Assembly (NCBI GenBank): GCA_964558705.1
Contig: CAZLFC010000002.1
Coordinates: forward strand, 1-42,524
DNA from: an uncultured Dehalococcoidales bacterium
GTDB taxonomy: Bacteria; Chloroflexota; Dehalococcoidia; Dehalococcoidales; GCA-2688105
Direction of reading: 5' to 3'
DNA: 42,524 nt
Position numbers and translations under genes: made by a program. Shown here piece after piece: positions 1 through 8,301 of this stretch (position 1 is its first letter; every line of letters begins with the position of its first letter). The notes under the pieces were generated by a model. It was not told the DNA's origin. It searched no databases and was given only the letters and a program-made list of their open reading frames with translations.

Positions 1-43
1 CCGGCCCGTGGTAAGGGACTAATAAAAGAGGGAGGGCGTCAAA

Positions 44-550
44 ATGGCTGGTGCAATAGCAACTTTATCGGTACTCAACTGGTTTCACTTGACGGCTACA
101 GTGTTGTGGATTGGCGGTGTGCTGTTGAACATCTTTGTCATCTCGCCGGCGGCGAGAGACAGCCTGGAACCGCCGATGGTGGGGCGGTTTATAGGCTCAT
201 ATATGAAAAGGTTCCGCATCCTAGTTTACTTCTGCGTGGGTGTGCTTATCGTAACCGGCGCCATTATGACCGTCTTTAGCCCCCAGTTCACCGGGGCACT
301 GAACTTCAATACGGCCTGGACACAAATTGTGCTGGTGAAGCATATCCTTACCATAATTCTCATCGTGATAGGCGTCTACATGATGGAGGTCATACTGCCT
401 AAAATGGGCCGTCTAATGGCCAAGGGACCTTCTCCGGAAGCGGGCCAACTGCAGAAGCGTCAAATCGGCATGGCGATAGCGGCGTCAATAATAGCCATAT
501 TAATACTAATCTTCACGTCGATAAGCCAGGCCATATCCGCCCTGGCATAA
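44..550 (+). CDS. Integral membrane protein with about 4 TM helices, CopD-like; function unknown
   Basis: 168-aa ORF with a GGGAGGG Shine-Dalgarno about 8 nt upstream of ATG 44. It has four long hydrophobic segments and His/Trp-containing helices (NWFHLTATVLWIGG, VKHILTIILI). The family label is from memory only. Confidence 0.7.
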   Translation: MAGAIATLSVLNWFHLTATVLWIGGVLLNIFVISPAARDSLEPPMVGRFIGSYMKRFRILVYFCVGVLIVTGAIMTVFSPQFTGALNFNTAWTQIVLVKHILTIILIVIGVYMMEVILPKMGRLMAKGPSPEAGQLQKRQIGMAIAASIIAILILIFTSISQAISALA

Positions 551-596
551 GGCCTGCGGGAAGCCTGATAGCACCTCAAGCTGTCATTAAAAATGA

Positions 597-639
597 CGGG
601 GGAAGCGTATGGCTACGTCATCGCTCAGCGCTTCCCCCG
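597..639 (-). terminator. GC-rich hairpin between convergent genes; probable terminator of the minus-strand gene 650..913
   Basis: CGGGGGAAGCG (597-607) pairs perfectly with CGCTTCCCCCG (629-639), giving an 11-bp stem and a 21-nt loop. Read on the minus strand, the hairpin is followed by GTCATTTTTAATGAC (a T-run). There is no T-run on the plus strand. Confidence 0.45.
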
Positions 640-649
640 GCTCATTCAA

Positions 650-913
650 TCAATGGTCGCCGTTCCGCTTTGACAAAGTCCTCAGTATCACCCCGGTGAA
701 TATGCTGAAAATACCGGAGCCGAGCAGCAGGGCTGATATCAGGGCGGTACCGACCAGCAGTATCTCTTTCGCCGCCAGATAGTTAATCACCCTGACACCG
801 AAAATAATACCAAGCACTATCGCCACGATTCCGCAAATCCCGAAGAACAGGAGTGGTCTTCTATCCAGAACGCTAGTGACCATAATAGAAAATTGACTAC
901 CCGGTTGTTTCAT
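650..913 (-). CDS. Small membrane protein with 2 TM helices, unknown function
   Basis: I moved the start from the track's 964 to ATG 913, which is preceded by GGAAAGGAGC. The product MKQPGSQF...RTLSKRNGDH has two hydrophobic helices and resembles the C-terminal membrane anchor of GT2 glycosyltransferases. Confidence 0.6.
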   Translation of the reverse strand: MKQPGSQFSIMVTSVLDRRPLLFFGICGIVAIVLGIIFGVRVINYLAAKEILLVGTALISALLLGSGIFSIFTGVILRTLSKRNGDH

Positions 914-936
914 AGGGTTGGCTGCTCCTTTCCATA

Positions 937-964
937 ATAATACTCTATAAAAACAAGCTGTCAA
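937..964 (-). promoter_or_regulatory. Candidate sigma70-type promoter for gene 650..913
   Basis: Read on the minus strand: TTGACA (964-959), 16-nt spacer, TATTAT (942-937), just upstream of the GGAAAGGAG RBS. Confidence 0.35.
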
Positions 965-1038
965 TAGACCAACGATACATCACAGTGAATTACATAATTC
1001 CGTTGACTTCACAAGGAGACACTGATAACATTGAGGGG

Positions 1039-2346
1039 ATGACAAACAGACTTTCTCTATTTCCTTTAGATACCAACGTAAGCAAGCAGGGACACCTCAT
1101 CATTGGCGGCTGTGACACCGTAGAGTTAGCCGACGAGTTCGGCACACCCCTGTATCTCTTTGACGAACTAAGTCTGCGCCGCAAGTGCACCGAGTTCAAA
1201 ACCGAATTCAGCCAGCGCTACGCCGATACTACCGTTATCTATGCCGGCAAGGCTTTTCTCAATCGGGCTCTGGCGCTTATTCTAATGGAGGAGGGGCTGG
1301 GGCTGGATGCAGTCTCTGCCGGTGAACTCAGCATCGCTCAATCAGTCGGCTTTCCTCCGGACGGAGTCTATTTCCACGGCAATAACAAATCAGCCGGGGA
1401 AATTGAGCTGGCTCTGCAGTGGAATATCGGTCACATAGTGGTAGACAATTTCCACGAGCTTAAAATGCTGGGTGAAATAGCCAAAGAGCGCGGCTGTACA
1501 CCCAATATATTGCTGCGACTTAATCCCGGGATAGACCCCCACACTCACAAGTATATTGCTACCGGCATCATTGACAGCAAGTTCGGGTTCTCTTTATCCA
1601 GCAGCGAAGAAGCCGTAGCTACCGCTATGGCGGCACCTGAACTGAACCTCATCGGACTGCACTGTCATATTGGTTCCCTAATCCCTGAGACTAAGCCATA
1701 CGAGCAGGCTATCGAGGTCATGCTCAACTTCGCCGCCGAAATGAAGCAGCAGCATAATTTTAAACTCCAGGAACTGAATATCGGCGGTGGTTTTGCCATC
1801 CGGTATACCGTAGATTCTCCGGTACCACCTGTTGCCGCCTATGCCGAGGCGATAACATCCCAGCTGACCAGCAGATGCCGGGAGCAAAAACTGGAACCGC
1901 CCCGACTTGTCATTGAGCCGGGAAGGGCGATAGTGGGACAGGCGGGAGTAGCCCTGTACAAGGTGGGGGTAAGTAAGGATATTCCCAGTGTCAGGCGCTA
2001 TGTTTCAGTAGACGGCGGAATGGCAGACAATATCCGCCCCGCTCTTTATGATGCTAAGTATGAGGCAACAGTAGCCAACAAGATGCAGGAGGAGAACACC
2101 GAAAAGGTGACCATTGCCGGTCGATTCTGTGAGTCCGGTGATATACTGATTCAGGATATTGACTTACCCCCGGTTTCAGCCGGTGATATCATCGCCATAC
2201 CCGACTGCGGAGCCTACTGCCTGACTATGGCCAGCAACTATAACGCCTCACTCAAGCCAGCCATTATTCTGGTTAAGGAGGGCAAGGCACGTCTCATTCG
2301 CCGACGGGAAACCTTTGACGACCTGACCAGGTATGATTTAATTTAG
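1039..2346 (+). CDS. lysA: Diaminopimelate decarboxylase
   Basis: PLP-dependent Orn/DAP/Arg decarboxylase signatures: FGTPLYLFDE, YAGKAF, HCHIGS, GGGFAI, ESGD, CGAY. The track ORF starts at GTG 985. ATG 1039 (MTNRLSLFPL...) fits the usual LysA N-terminus better. Confidence 0.9.
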   Translation: MTNRLSLFPLDTNVSKQGHLIIGGCDTVELADEFGTPLYLFDELSLRRKCTEFKTEFSQRYADTTVIYAGKAFLNRALALILMEEGLGLDAVSAGELSIAQSVGFPPDGVYFHGNNKSAGEIELALQWNIGHIVVDNFHELKMLGEIAKERGCTPNILLRLNPGIDPHTHKYIATGIIDSKFGFSLSSSEEAVATAMAAPELNLIGLHCHIGSLIPETKPYEQAIEVMLNFAAEMKQQHNFKLQELNIGGGFAIRYTVDSPVPPVAAYAEAITSQLTSRCREQKLEPPRLVIEPGRAIVGQAGVALYKVGVSKDIPSVRRYVSVDGGMADNIRPALYDAKYEATVANKMQEENTEKVTIAGRFCESGDILIQDIDLPPVSAGDIIAIPDCGAYCLTMASNYNASLKPAIILVKEGKARLIRRRETFDDLTRYDLI

Positions 2347-2369
2347 GTATTAAGACAGGGAATTTTAGC

Positions 2370-3431
2370 GTGTGGCAAGTAATCGGACAGGATAAAATCG
2401 TGTCCCTGCTCCGGCGCAGTCTGGAGAAAGGGACTTTAGCTCATGCCTATCTGCTGGTTGGCCCCCCTCATGTGGGCAAGATGACTCTGGCTTTAAATCT
2501 GGCTCAAGTGCTGAACTGTGAAGCAAATGAGCCACCCTGTGGAGAGTGTGCCTCTTGCCAGAAAATAGCTTCAAACAAGCATGCCGATGTCCAGATTGTG
2601 AGCTTAACCTCGAACGGGAACTCAGAAAGGACCAAACCCCAGACGGAAATCAGTACCGAACAGGTTAAAGACGTCCAGCACGCCGCTAATCTGCCGCCTT
2701 TCGAGGGTAAGTACAAGGTATTTATCATCGACGGGGCTGAATTTATGTCAAATGAAGCCGCCAACCGCCTGCTGAAGACGCTGGAAGAACCGGTGGACAA
2801 CGTAGTATTTGTCCTGCTAACCACCAATGAGGAGCTGCTACCCCCTACTGTTATCTCCCGTTGCCAACGATTGGAGCTGCCTCCCCTGACCACCACTGAA
2901 ATAGAGACCGCTCTTAACAGTCGCGGGGTTATTGAACCACAAAAAAAGGCGCTTCTGGCCAGGCTTTCCCACGGCTGCCCCGGTTGGGCGTTCTCAGCAG
3001 CCTTTGATGATGGCTTGCTTAATCAGCGCTCCGAACAGATAGACAGGTCACTGGACATTATCAATGCCGACAATGAAGAGCGCTTTCAATATGCCGCCCA
3101 GGTGGCAACCCAGTTCAGTAAGAGTCGGGAAACAGTTCAGCAAATACTGGATTTATGGCTTGATTACTGGCGCGACCTTATGTTAATTAAAGCAGGCTGT
3201 AAAGATGGCATTACTAACATTGACTTTGAAGCCACGCTGGTTAAAATGGCTGGAGATTATAGTTTAGCTCAAATAAAGAGTCTTATTAACAGCCTTCAGG
3301 CGGCTAAGGAACAGCTCAGGCAGAATGCTAATCCACAACTGGTACTGGAGGTGTTAATGCTGAGTATACCCAGAAAGGAGGGGCGGCGTGGTCAAAATAC
3401 AACCGCCCAATTTTCGGTGAAGTATGGCTGA
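2370..3431 (+). CDS. holB: DNA polymerase III delta-prime subunit
   Basis: GTG start. AAA+ clamp-loader motifs: HAYLLVGPPHVGK, Zn module CGECASCQ, FIIDGAE, SRCQ. It sits immediately upstream of yaaT, as in Firmicutes. Confidence 0.9.
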   Translation: MWQVIGQDKIVSLLRRSLEKGTLAHAYLLVGPPHVGKMTLALNLAQVLNCEANEPPCGECASCQKIASNKHADVQIVSLTSNGNSERTKPQTEISTEQVKDVQHAANLPPFEGKYKVFIIDGAEFMSNEAANRLLKTLEEPVDNVVFVLLTTNEELLPPTVISRCQRLELPPLTTTEIETALNSRGVIEPQKKALLARLSHGCPGWAFSAAFDDGLLNQRSEQIDRSLDIINADNEERFQYAAQVATQFSKSRETVQQILDLWLDYWRDLMLIKAGCKDGITNIDFEATLVKMAGDYSLAQIKSLINSLQAAKEQLRQNANPQLVLEVLMLSIPRKEGRRGQNTTAQFSVKYG

Positions 3432-4257
3432 TATTGTTGGGATACGTTTCAAAAGGGCTGGCAAAGTGTACTACTTTGACCCGGCGGATATTGAGCTTGA
3501 TACAGGCGATTATGTCGTGGTCAAAACAAGCCGCGGTTTAGAGTTGGGGCAAGTAATTATCTCGCCTAAACAGGTTCTGGCCAGTGAGGTGAACAAGCCG
3601 TTGAAGTCGGTAGTGCGCAAGGCAGAACCCGAGGATATCGAATGCGCCCGGGAACTCGATATAAAAGAGCAAGAGGCTATGGCCGAATGCGGCAAGTTGA
3701 TTACCAAACTACGGCTACCGATGAAGTTGATATCATCTGAATACAATCTTGATGGCAGCCATCTTACCATTTTCTTTAGTGCCGCGGAGAGAGTAGATTT
3801 CCGCGAGTTGGTCCGCGAATTAGCCAACACACTTAAAACACGGGTAGAATTAAGGCAGGTAGGGCCAAGAGATGAAGCCAAGCTGATAGGCGGCTTTGGC
3901 CGGTGCGGGCGCCCGCTATGCTGCATGAACTTCCTGAGTGAGTTTGCGCCGGTGGCTATTAAGATGGCCAAGGACCAGGATTTACCTCTTAACCCGATGA
4001 AGATTTCCGGCATTTGCGGTCGTTTGTTGTGCTGCCTTGTCTACGAGGATGAGTTATACCGCGATATAAAAGCAAAAATGCCCAAGGTTGGACAGCAGGT
4101 ATCCACACCCATGGGAACAGCTAAAGTAGTCGGCATCAATACGCTAAAGGAAAAGATATCGGTGGAACTGGAGAGTGAAGCAATAGTGGAATTACCTCTT
4201 AACGAGATTAACCTTACTGAGGGAAGAGCTTCACCAAAGCCAAAGAAAACGGATTAA
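3424..4257 (+). CDS. yaaT: PSP1-domain protein (YaaT/RicT family)
   Basis: Begins VGIRFKRAGKVYYFD and carries the cysteine-rich CGRPLCC...CGRLLCC motifs typical of PSP1/YaaT. Overlaps the holB end by 8 nt. Confidence 0.9.
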   Translation: MADIVGIRFKRAGKVYYFDPADIELDTGDYVVVKTSRGLELGQVIISPKQVLASEVNKPLKSVVRKAEPEDIECARELDIKEQEAMAECGKLITKLRLPMKLISSEYNLDGSHLTIFFSAAERVDFRELVRELANTLKTRVELRQVGPRDEAKLIGGFGRCGRPLCCMNFLSEFAPVAIKMAKDQDLPLNPMKISGICGRLLCCLVYEDELYRDIKAKMPKVGQQVSTPMGTAKVVGINTLKEKISVELESEAIVELPLNEINLTEGRASPKPKKTD

Positions 4258-4772
4258 GACAGTTTCAACTGAGGCAGATATTTCTGCCAGCCGTTATTGG
4301 TTTTCAGGTACTGATAAGGGATTTGAAACGGCAGGTTGTCGCGCGGGGGAGCGGGGGGATGAGTTAACTCCATTCCAGCCTCGCTGGGAGTTCTACCCGC
4401 CTTGCGGCGGTTACAGGCTATACAGGCGCTGACCACATTTTCCCAGGTGTGTTGACCTCCCCGGTATCTCGGGATTATATGGTCTATAGTAAGTGGCCGA
4501 CTCTCCCGCCCGCAATACTGACAGGTATAGTTGTCACGATGAAAAACCTCAAGGCGAGTTAGCTTTCTGCGGAGCCGGGGACGCTTAATCATACAGGCCA
4601 AGCGGATTACCGAGGGTATCGGGAAACTGTAATTGGATGATTGTATAAAGCCCGTGCCATCTTCCAGCATCTCCGCTCTACCCAGATAAACTAATACTAC
4701 GGCTCGGCGAACGCGGCATACATTAAGCGGCTCATAGTTCTGGTTTAGCACCAGGACAGGCAGATTTACCAT
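4254..4772 (-). CDS. HNH endonuclease (McrA-like, stand-alone)
   Basis: HNH core YTCQYCGR...LTIDHIIPRYRGGQHTWENVVSACIACNRRKAGRTP, plus a conserved-looking N-terminal domain VLVLNQNYEPLNV. Confidence 0.85.
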   Translation of the reverse strand: MVNLPVLVLNQNYEPLNVCRVRRAVVLVYLGRAEMLEDGTGFIQSSNYSFPIPSVIRLACMIKRPRLRRKLTRLEVFHRDNYTCQYCGRESRPLTIDHIIPRYRGGQHTWENVVSACIACNRRKAGRTPSEAGMELTHPPAPPRDNLPFQIPYQYLKTNNGWQKYLPQLKLS

Positions 4773-4806
4773 CTCTGAGGCTTCTCTCTACACACAGACT
4801 GCCTAG

Positions 4807-4835
4807 ATTTTACTAGATGGCAACTAAATATGCAA
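4807..4835 (-). promoter_or_regulatory. Candidate sigma70-type promoter for the HNH gene
   Basis: Read on the minus strand: TTGCAT (4835-4830), 17-nt spacer, TAAAAT (4812-4807), about 35 nt upstream of ATG 4772. Confidence 0.35.
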
Positions 4836-4883
4836 ACTAAAGTCAGGTATCAGTTACTCCTGCCCGACTTTGCAGCCATAACA

Positions 4884-6227
4884 CTATTTTCTGCCGCCGC
4901 GAGAGGTTCTCCTATGACTAGGCCTTAAACTACCACGATAGTCGGGGGCAGTGACATTAAACGGTATACTGATTTTGGGGTCGACCAGCCGGGAACTTAT
5001 GGAACTCTCAATCCCATCCAAGATTTCCTGTAACGAGTAGCGAGTAGTAACCACTGTCGCCAATCGGGCATTATAGCGGTAGTTAACCACCTGGTACAGC
5101 TTTTCCCGCGCCCACGGGGTAGTCGACTGCTCGCCAAAGTCATCCAGTACCAGCAGAGGGGCTGCCTTGACACTCTCAAAAAGCTGGTCATAGGAAACCT
5201 TGCTCTCCGGGCTGAAAGTGGAGCGCAGATGGTCCAGAAACTCGGGCACCACCACAAACAGAGCCGTCTTTTTAGCTTGATAACGATAGTTCACGATAGC
5301 TGCCGCCAGGTGAGTCTTGCCACAGCCCGTCTCGCCCATAAATACCAGCCAGCCCTCGGGCGACTTGGCAAAGTCAAAGGCTAAACGGAATGCCTCCGCC
5401 AGGTTCTCACGCTGCTCCGGCAGCAGGTTGACCCGCTTCCGGTCAAAATTATCAAAGGTCATCGTTTTTTGCAGTTCAAATTCCGGACCCCAGTCATATT
5501 TCAATGATGCCTGTTTCTCCTCTACCACACAGGTGCGACACAAATCAGGGTCGGTCAGACGGGTGCGCATCCTGTCTTCAAGCTTGTCAACAGGGGTTAT
5601 AGTCACAATCACGGTGGGCAGTTCGCCATTAAAGCGATGTGTCAGCAACTGGTCCAGCTTTTCCTTAGCCCATGCGGTGCTAGCCTGAGCGCCCAAATCG
5701 TCCAGAATCAGCAGGGGGGCATTGCGCACCCGCTCAAAGAACTCATCATAAGGCACCTCGCTATCAGGGTTAAAGGCGGCACGCAAGTGGCTCAGGAGGT
5801 CAGGAACGGTAATATAAAATGCCGGGTAGCCACGAGCAATGCGCTCACTAGCAATAGCCGCCGCCAGGTGAGTCTTCCCACAACCACTGGGACCAAACAG
5901 GATTAACCACCCCCTGGGTTCCATAGCAAATGCCCGGACTGCCTCATAAGCCTGCCTGAATTGCTCCTGGCTGGCCGGGGCACCACTTCTTCCCTCCGGA
6001 AGCAGGTCATCAAAGGTAAAACGAGCCAGTGAGCCCAGATTACTGTATCGCTGTAGGCGTTCCTGCTGCTCTTTATTCGATTCTTCCCGGGTACAGCGAC
6101 ACGGTAACGCCTTCCCAAAGTCAGGATGACCTACCGGAACGTCAGCGTAGACAAACCCTGCCCCTTTGCAGATAGAACAGGACGGAACTGACGACTCCGG
6201 TTCCTCAGCGTCTGACCATGTGTCCAT
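4884..6227 (-). CDS. DnaI/DnaC-like helicase loader with two tandem AAA+ modules and an N-terminal zinc motif
   Basis: Two Walker A motifs (GPSGCGKTHLAAAIA, GETGCGKTHLAAAIV) and two Walker B motifs (LLILDDLG, LLVLDDFG). N-terminal CSICKGAG...CRC. I chose ATG 6227 (MDTWSD...) as the start because the longer track ORF (to 6419) runs through the upstream gene's 3' end. Confidence 0.85.
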   Translation of the reverse strand: MDTWSDAEEPESSVPSCSICKGAGFVYADVPVGHPDFGKALPCRCTREESNKEQQERLQRYSNLGSLARFTFDDLLPEGRSGAPASQEQFRQAYEAVRAFAMEPRGWLILFGPSGCGKTHLAAAIASERIARGYPAFYITVPDLLSHLRAAFNPDSEVPYDEFFERVRNAPLLILDDLGAQASTAWAKEKLDQLLTHRFNGELPTVIVTITPVDKLEDRMRTRLTDPDLCRTCVVEEKQASLKYDWGPEFELQKTMTFDNFDRKRVNLLPEQRENLAEAFRLAFDFAKSPEGWLVFMGETGCGKTHLAAAIVNYRYQAKKTALFVVVPEFLDHLRSTFSPESKVSYDQLFESVKAAPLLVLDDFGEQSTTPWAREKLYQVVNYRYNARLATVVTTRYSLQEILDGIESSISSRLVDPKISIPFNVTAPDYRGSLRPSHRRTSRGGRK

Positions 6228-6921
6228 ATTTGCCCTTGATGTATTTATCCGGGTCTGTCTTCTTCGTAGAATCTCGCTTATATGTTCCACTACCCCTGCC
6301 TTCCAATGACCAATTCTCCAGGATTTTAGCAATGTATCTCCAGTTTCTCTTGTTAAGAGATACCGCTTCTCTAACGGCGTCTCTAATCCAATCTGGAGGG
6401 TAAAGCTTTTCTGCCTCACTCAATTCTTCAGCAATCATCGGGGTTAACATACCGATATTCTGTTCATACAGGGTAAAGATGTCGGGCAACTCTTCAAGCT
6501 CAGTATAATCCCGTCCCCCGGCCTGCAAGCCGGGAAGTTGCAGTTCCCCGCTTTGAATTCTAGCTATAACCTGCCTGTTATCCTTGGTATTGAGAAAATA
6601 AATATCCTCGGTTGCCCCGTCTCTATCCATGGCGATATGGAGGATAGTCCCCCGCCTGGTAGCCATCGCCAGCGCCTCACGCAACACCTCATCCGGCGAT
6701 TTGGCTACTTCCTTCAGACCCACCATCAGGCTCTTACTACCCAGAAGCTCGCCATAGGTGATGAAACGAGGATAGCTTCGTTTACGATAAAGTTGCTCAA
6801 AAATATGAAGGGTTGTCTTTAACTCAGCCATATCACTGATTTGCGGCAGCAATGTGCTGAAGAAAAGATTGGGTATGGGAGTAAACTGCATCTTGGCCAG
6901 AAAACCAGCAAACTGCTTCAT
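6205..6921 (-). CDS. DnaD-domain replication/primosome protein
   Basis: N-terminal winged-helix-like region and a C-terminal DnaD-type motif (NWRYIAKILENW). Its ATG overlaps the dnaB stop (ATGA). It overlaps the downstream loader gene by 23 nt. Confidence 0.75.
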   Translation of the reverse strand: MKQFAGFLAKMQFTPIPNLFFSTLLPQISDMAELKTTLHIFEQLYRKRSYPRFITYGELLGSKSLMVGLKEVAKSPDEVLREALAMATRRGTILHIAMDRDGATEDIYFLNTKDNRQVIARIQSGELQLPGLQAGGRDYTELEELPDIFTLYEQNIGMLTPMIAEELSEAEKLYPPDWIRDAVREAVSLNKRNWRYIAKILENWSLEGRGSGTYKRDSTKKTDPDKYIKGKYGHMVRR

Positions 6922-8300
6922 AATAAACTCGGCTCTTGGCTGGTAACCATATTTTCAAATTTAGCTGTTTTGGGTATGAAGCGCAGGTCAATCTCTCCGA
7001 CAGGTCCATTCCTGTGCTTGGCAATGATAATATTGGCGATACCTTCCGGGTAATCTTTATCCGGATGCTGGCTTTCCCATTCCTCTCTGGAGTAATAGAC
7101 ATCATCCCGGTAGATAAACATAACCAGGTCAGCATCCTGTTCAATACTTCCGCTCTCACGCAGGTCAGAAAGCTGGGGTTTATGTGAAGCCCGCCATTCC
7201 ACTGCCCGGCTGAGCTGAGATACCGCTATCACCGGAACATTTAGTTCGCGAGCCAGTGCCTTAAGCGAACGGGAAACATAGCTAATCTCCTGAACCCTGT
7301 TCTCGCCCCTCCCCTCCCCCTGCATTAATTGCAGGTAGTCGACCACCACGAGGTCGATGCCGCGCTCAAAATGGAGGCGGCGAGCCTTGCCACGCATCTC
7401 AACCGCCCTGAGTTGTGGAGAATCGTCAATATATATCAGGGCTTCAGAAAGGATACCGGTGGCATCCATAATTCGCTTTTCTTCATCCTCGTCCTGAAGG
7501 CCGAGGCGAACGCGTCTCAGGTTGACCCCGGATTCAGCAGAAAGAAAGCGCAGTATCAATGACTCTCGTGACATCTCCATGCTGAACAAAGCGACACACG
7601 CTTTCTGCTCAACAGCAGCGTTTCGGGCAATGCTAAGAGCCAGGCTGGTTTTACCCAGGCTGGGTCTGCCAGCCACAATAACCAGGTCGGAGCGCTGAAA
7701 TCCACCCAGAAACTCATCAAGTTTACCGAAACCCGAGAGTGCATAAGGAACCACCCCCTTGTAACCTTCGGCTTCGGCGGTCGTGGCAGGCGTAACCTCA
7801 AAGTATTTGTCCAGTACCTGGCGGATATGTACGAAATCCTGAGAGCCCTGCCCATGGCGCAGTTTAAACAGTATCTCCTCCGCCCGACTAAGGCTGGCGG
7901 CAACATCAGGGTCAGCTTCATGACCAATAGCCGCAATCTGCCCGCCCGCGCTGATGAGACCACGCATTAACGATAAACGGTAGACAATCTGGGCATAGTG
8001 CTCAATATCAAGCGAGGTAGGTACGATTGATATTAGATGTGATAAATAGGCAGCTCCACCACATGACTCCAGCTTTCCCTCTCTGGCAAGCTCCTGAGCT
8101 ACCGTAATTTGATTTATCGCTTCGTTGCGCTGATAGAGCGCCAAACATACGCCATATACCAGTTGAGTTGGTTCATTGTAGAAGTCCGACGGCTGGAGAA
8201 AGACGGCAATTTCATAAATTGCCGTGCCATCTATCAGGAGAGAGCCGACTACAGCTTCCTCGGCATCAATGTCATGTGGCGGCAATTTATCGCCATACAT
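6918..8300 (-). CDS. dnaB: Replicative DNA helicase
   Basis: LPPHDIDAEEAVVGSLL N-terminus, Walker A GRPSLGKTSLAL, Walker B VVVDYLQLM, and SGSIEQDADLV. I preferred ATG 8300 with a GGAGA RBS over the track's TTG 8324. Confidence 0.93.
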   Translation of the reverse strand: MYGDKLPPHDIDAEEAVVGSLLIDGTAIYEIAVFLQPSDFYNEPTQLVYGVCLALYQRNEAINQITVAQELAREGKLESCGGAAYLSHLISIVPTSLDIEHYAQIVYRLSLMRGLISAGGQIAAIGHEADPDVAASLSRAEEILFKLRHGQGSQDFVHIRQVLDKYFEVTPATTAEAEGYKGVVPYALSGFGKLDEFLGGFQRSDLVIVAGRPSLGKTSLALSIARNAAVEQKACVALFSMEMSRESLILRFLSAESGVNLRRVRLGLQDEDEEKRIMDATGILSEALIYIDDSPQLRAVEMRGKARRLHFERGIDLVVVDYLQLMQGEGRGENRVQEISYVSRSLKALARELNVPVIAVSQLSRAVEWRASHKPQLSDLRESGSIEQDADLVMFIYRDDVYYSREEWESQHPDKDYPEGIANIIIAKHRNGPVGEIDLRFIPKTAKFENMVTSQEPSLL

Positions 8301-8301
8301 T

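Noticed and set aside
914-1038. Possible lysine riboswitch (L-box) upstream of lysA
   Set aside because: The intergenic region is only about 125 nt and holds two divergent promoters. That is too short for an L-box, and I saw no conserved L-box helices.
3510-4013. 167-aa minus-strand ORF
   Set aside because: It is antisense to yaaT (PSP1 domain), which has strong family motifs. The ORF has no RBS and no motifs.
6228-6419. 64-aa N-terminal extension of the loader ORF in the track (start at 6419)
   Set aside because: The extension overlaps the 3' end of the DnaD-like gene in another frame and has no loader-like sequence. ATG 6227, just before the zinc motif, gives a compact 23-nt overlap typical of this operon.
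7556-7963. 135-aa minus-strand ORF in an alternative frame within dnaB
   Set aside because: It is on the same strand as dnaB but out of frame. It is Arg/Leu-rich frame noise, and dnaB is continuous and complete.
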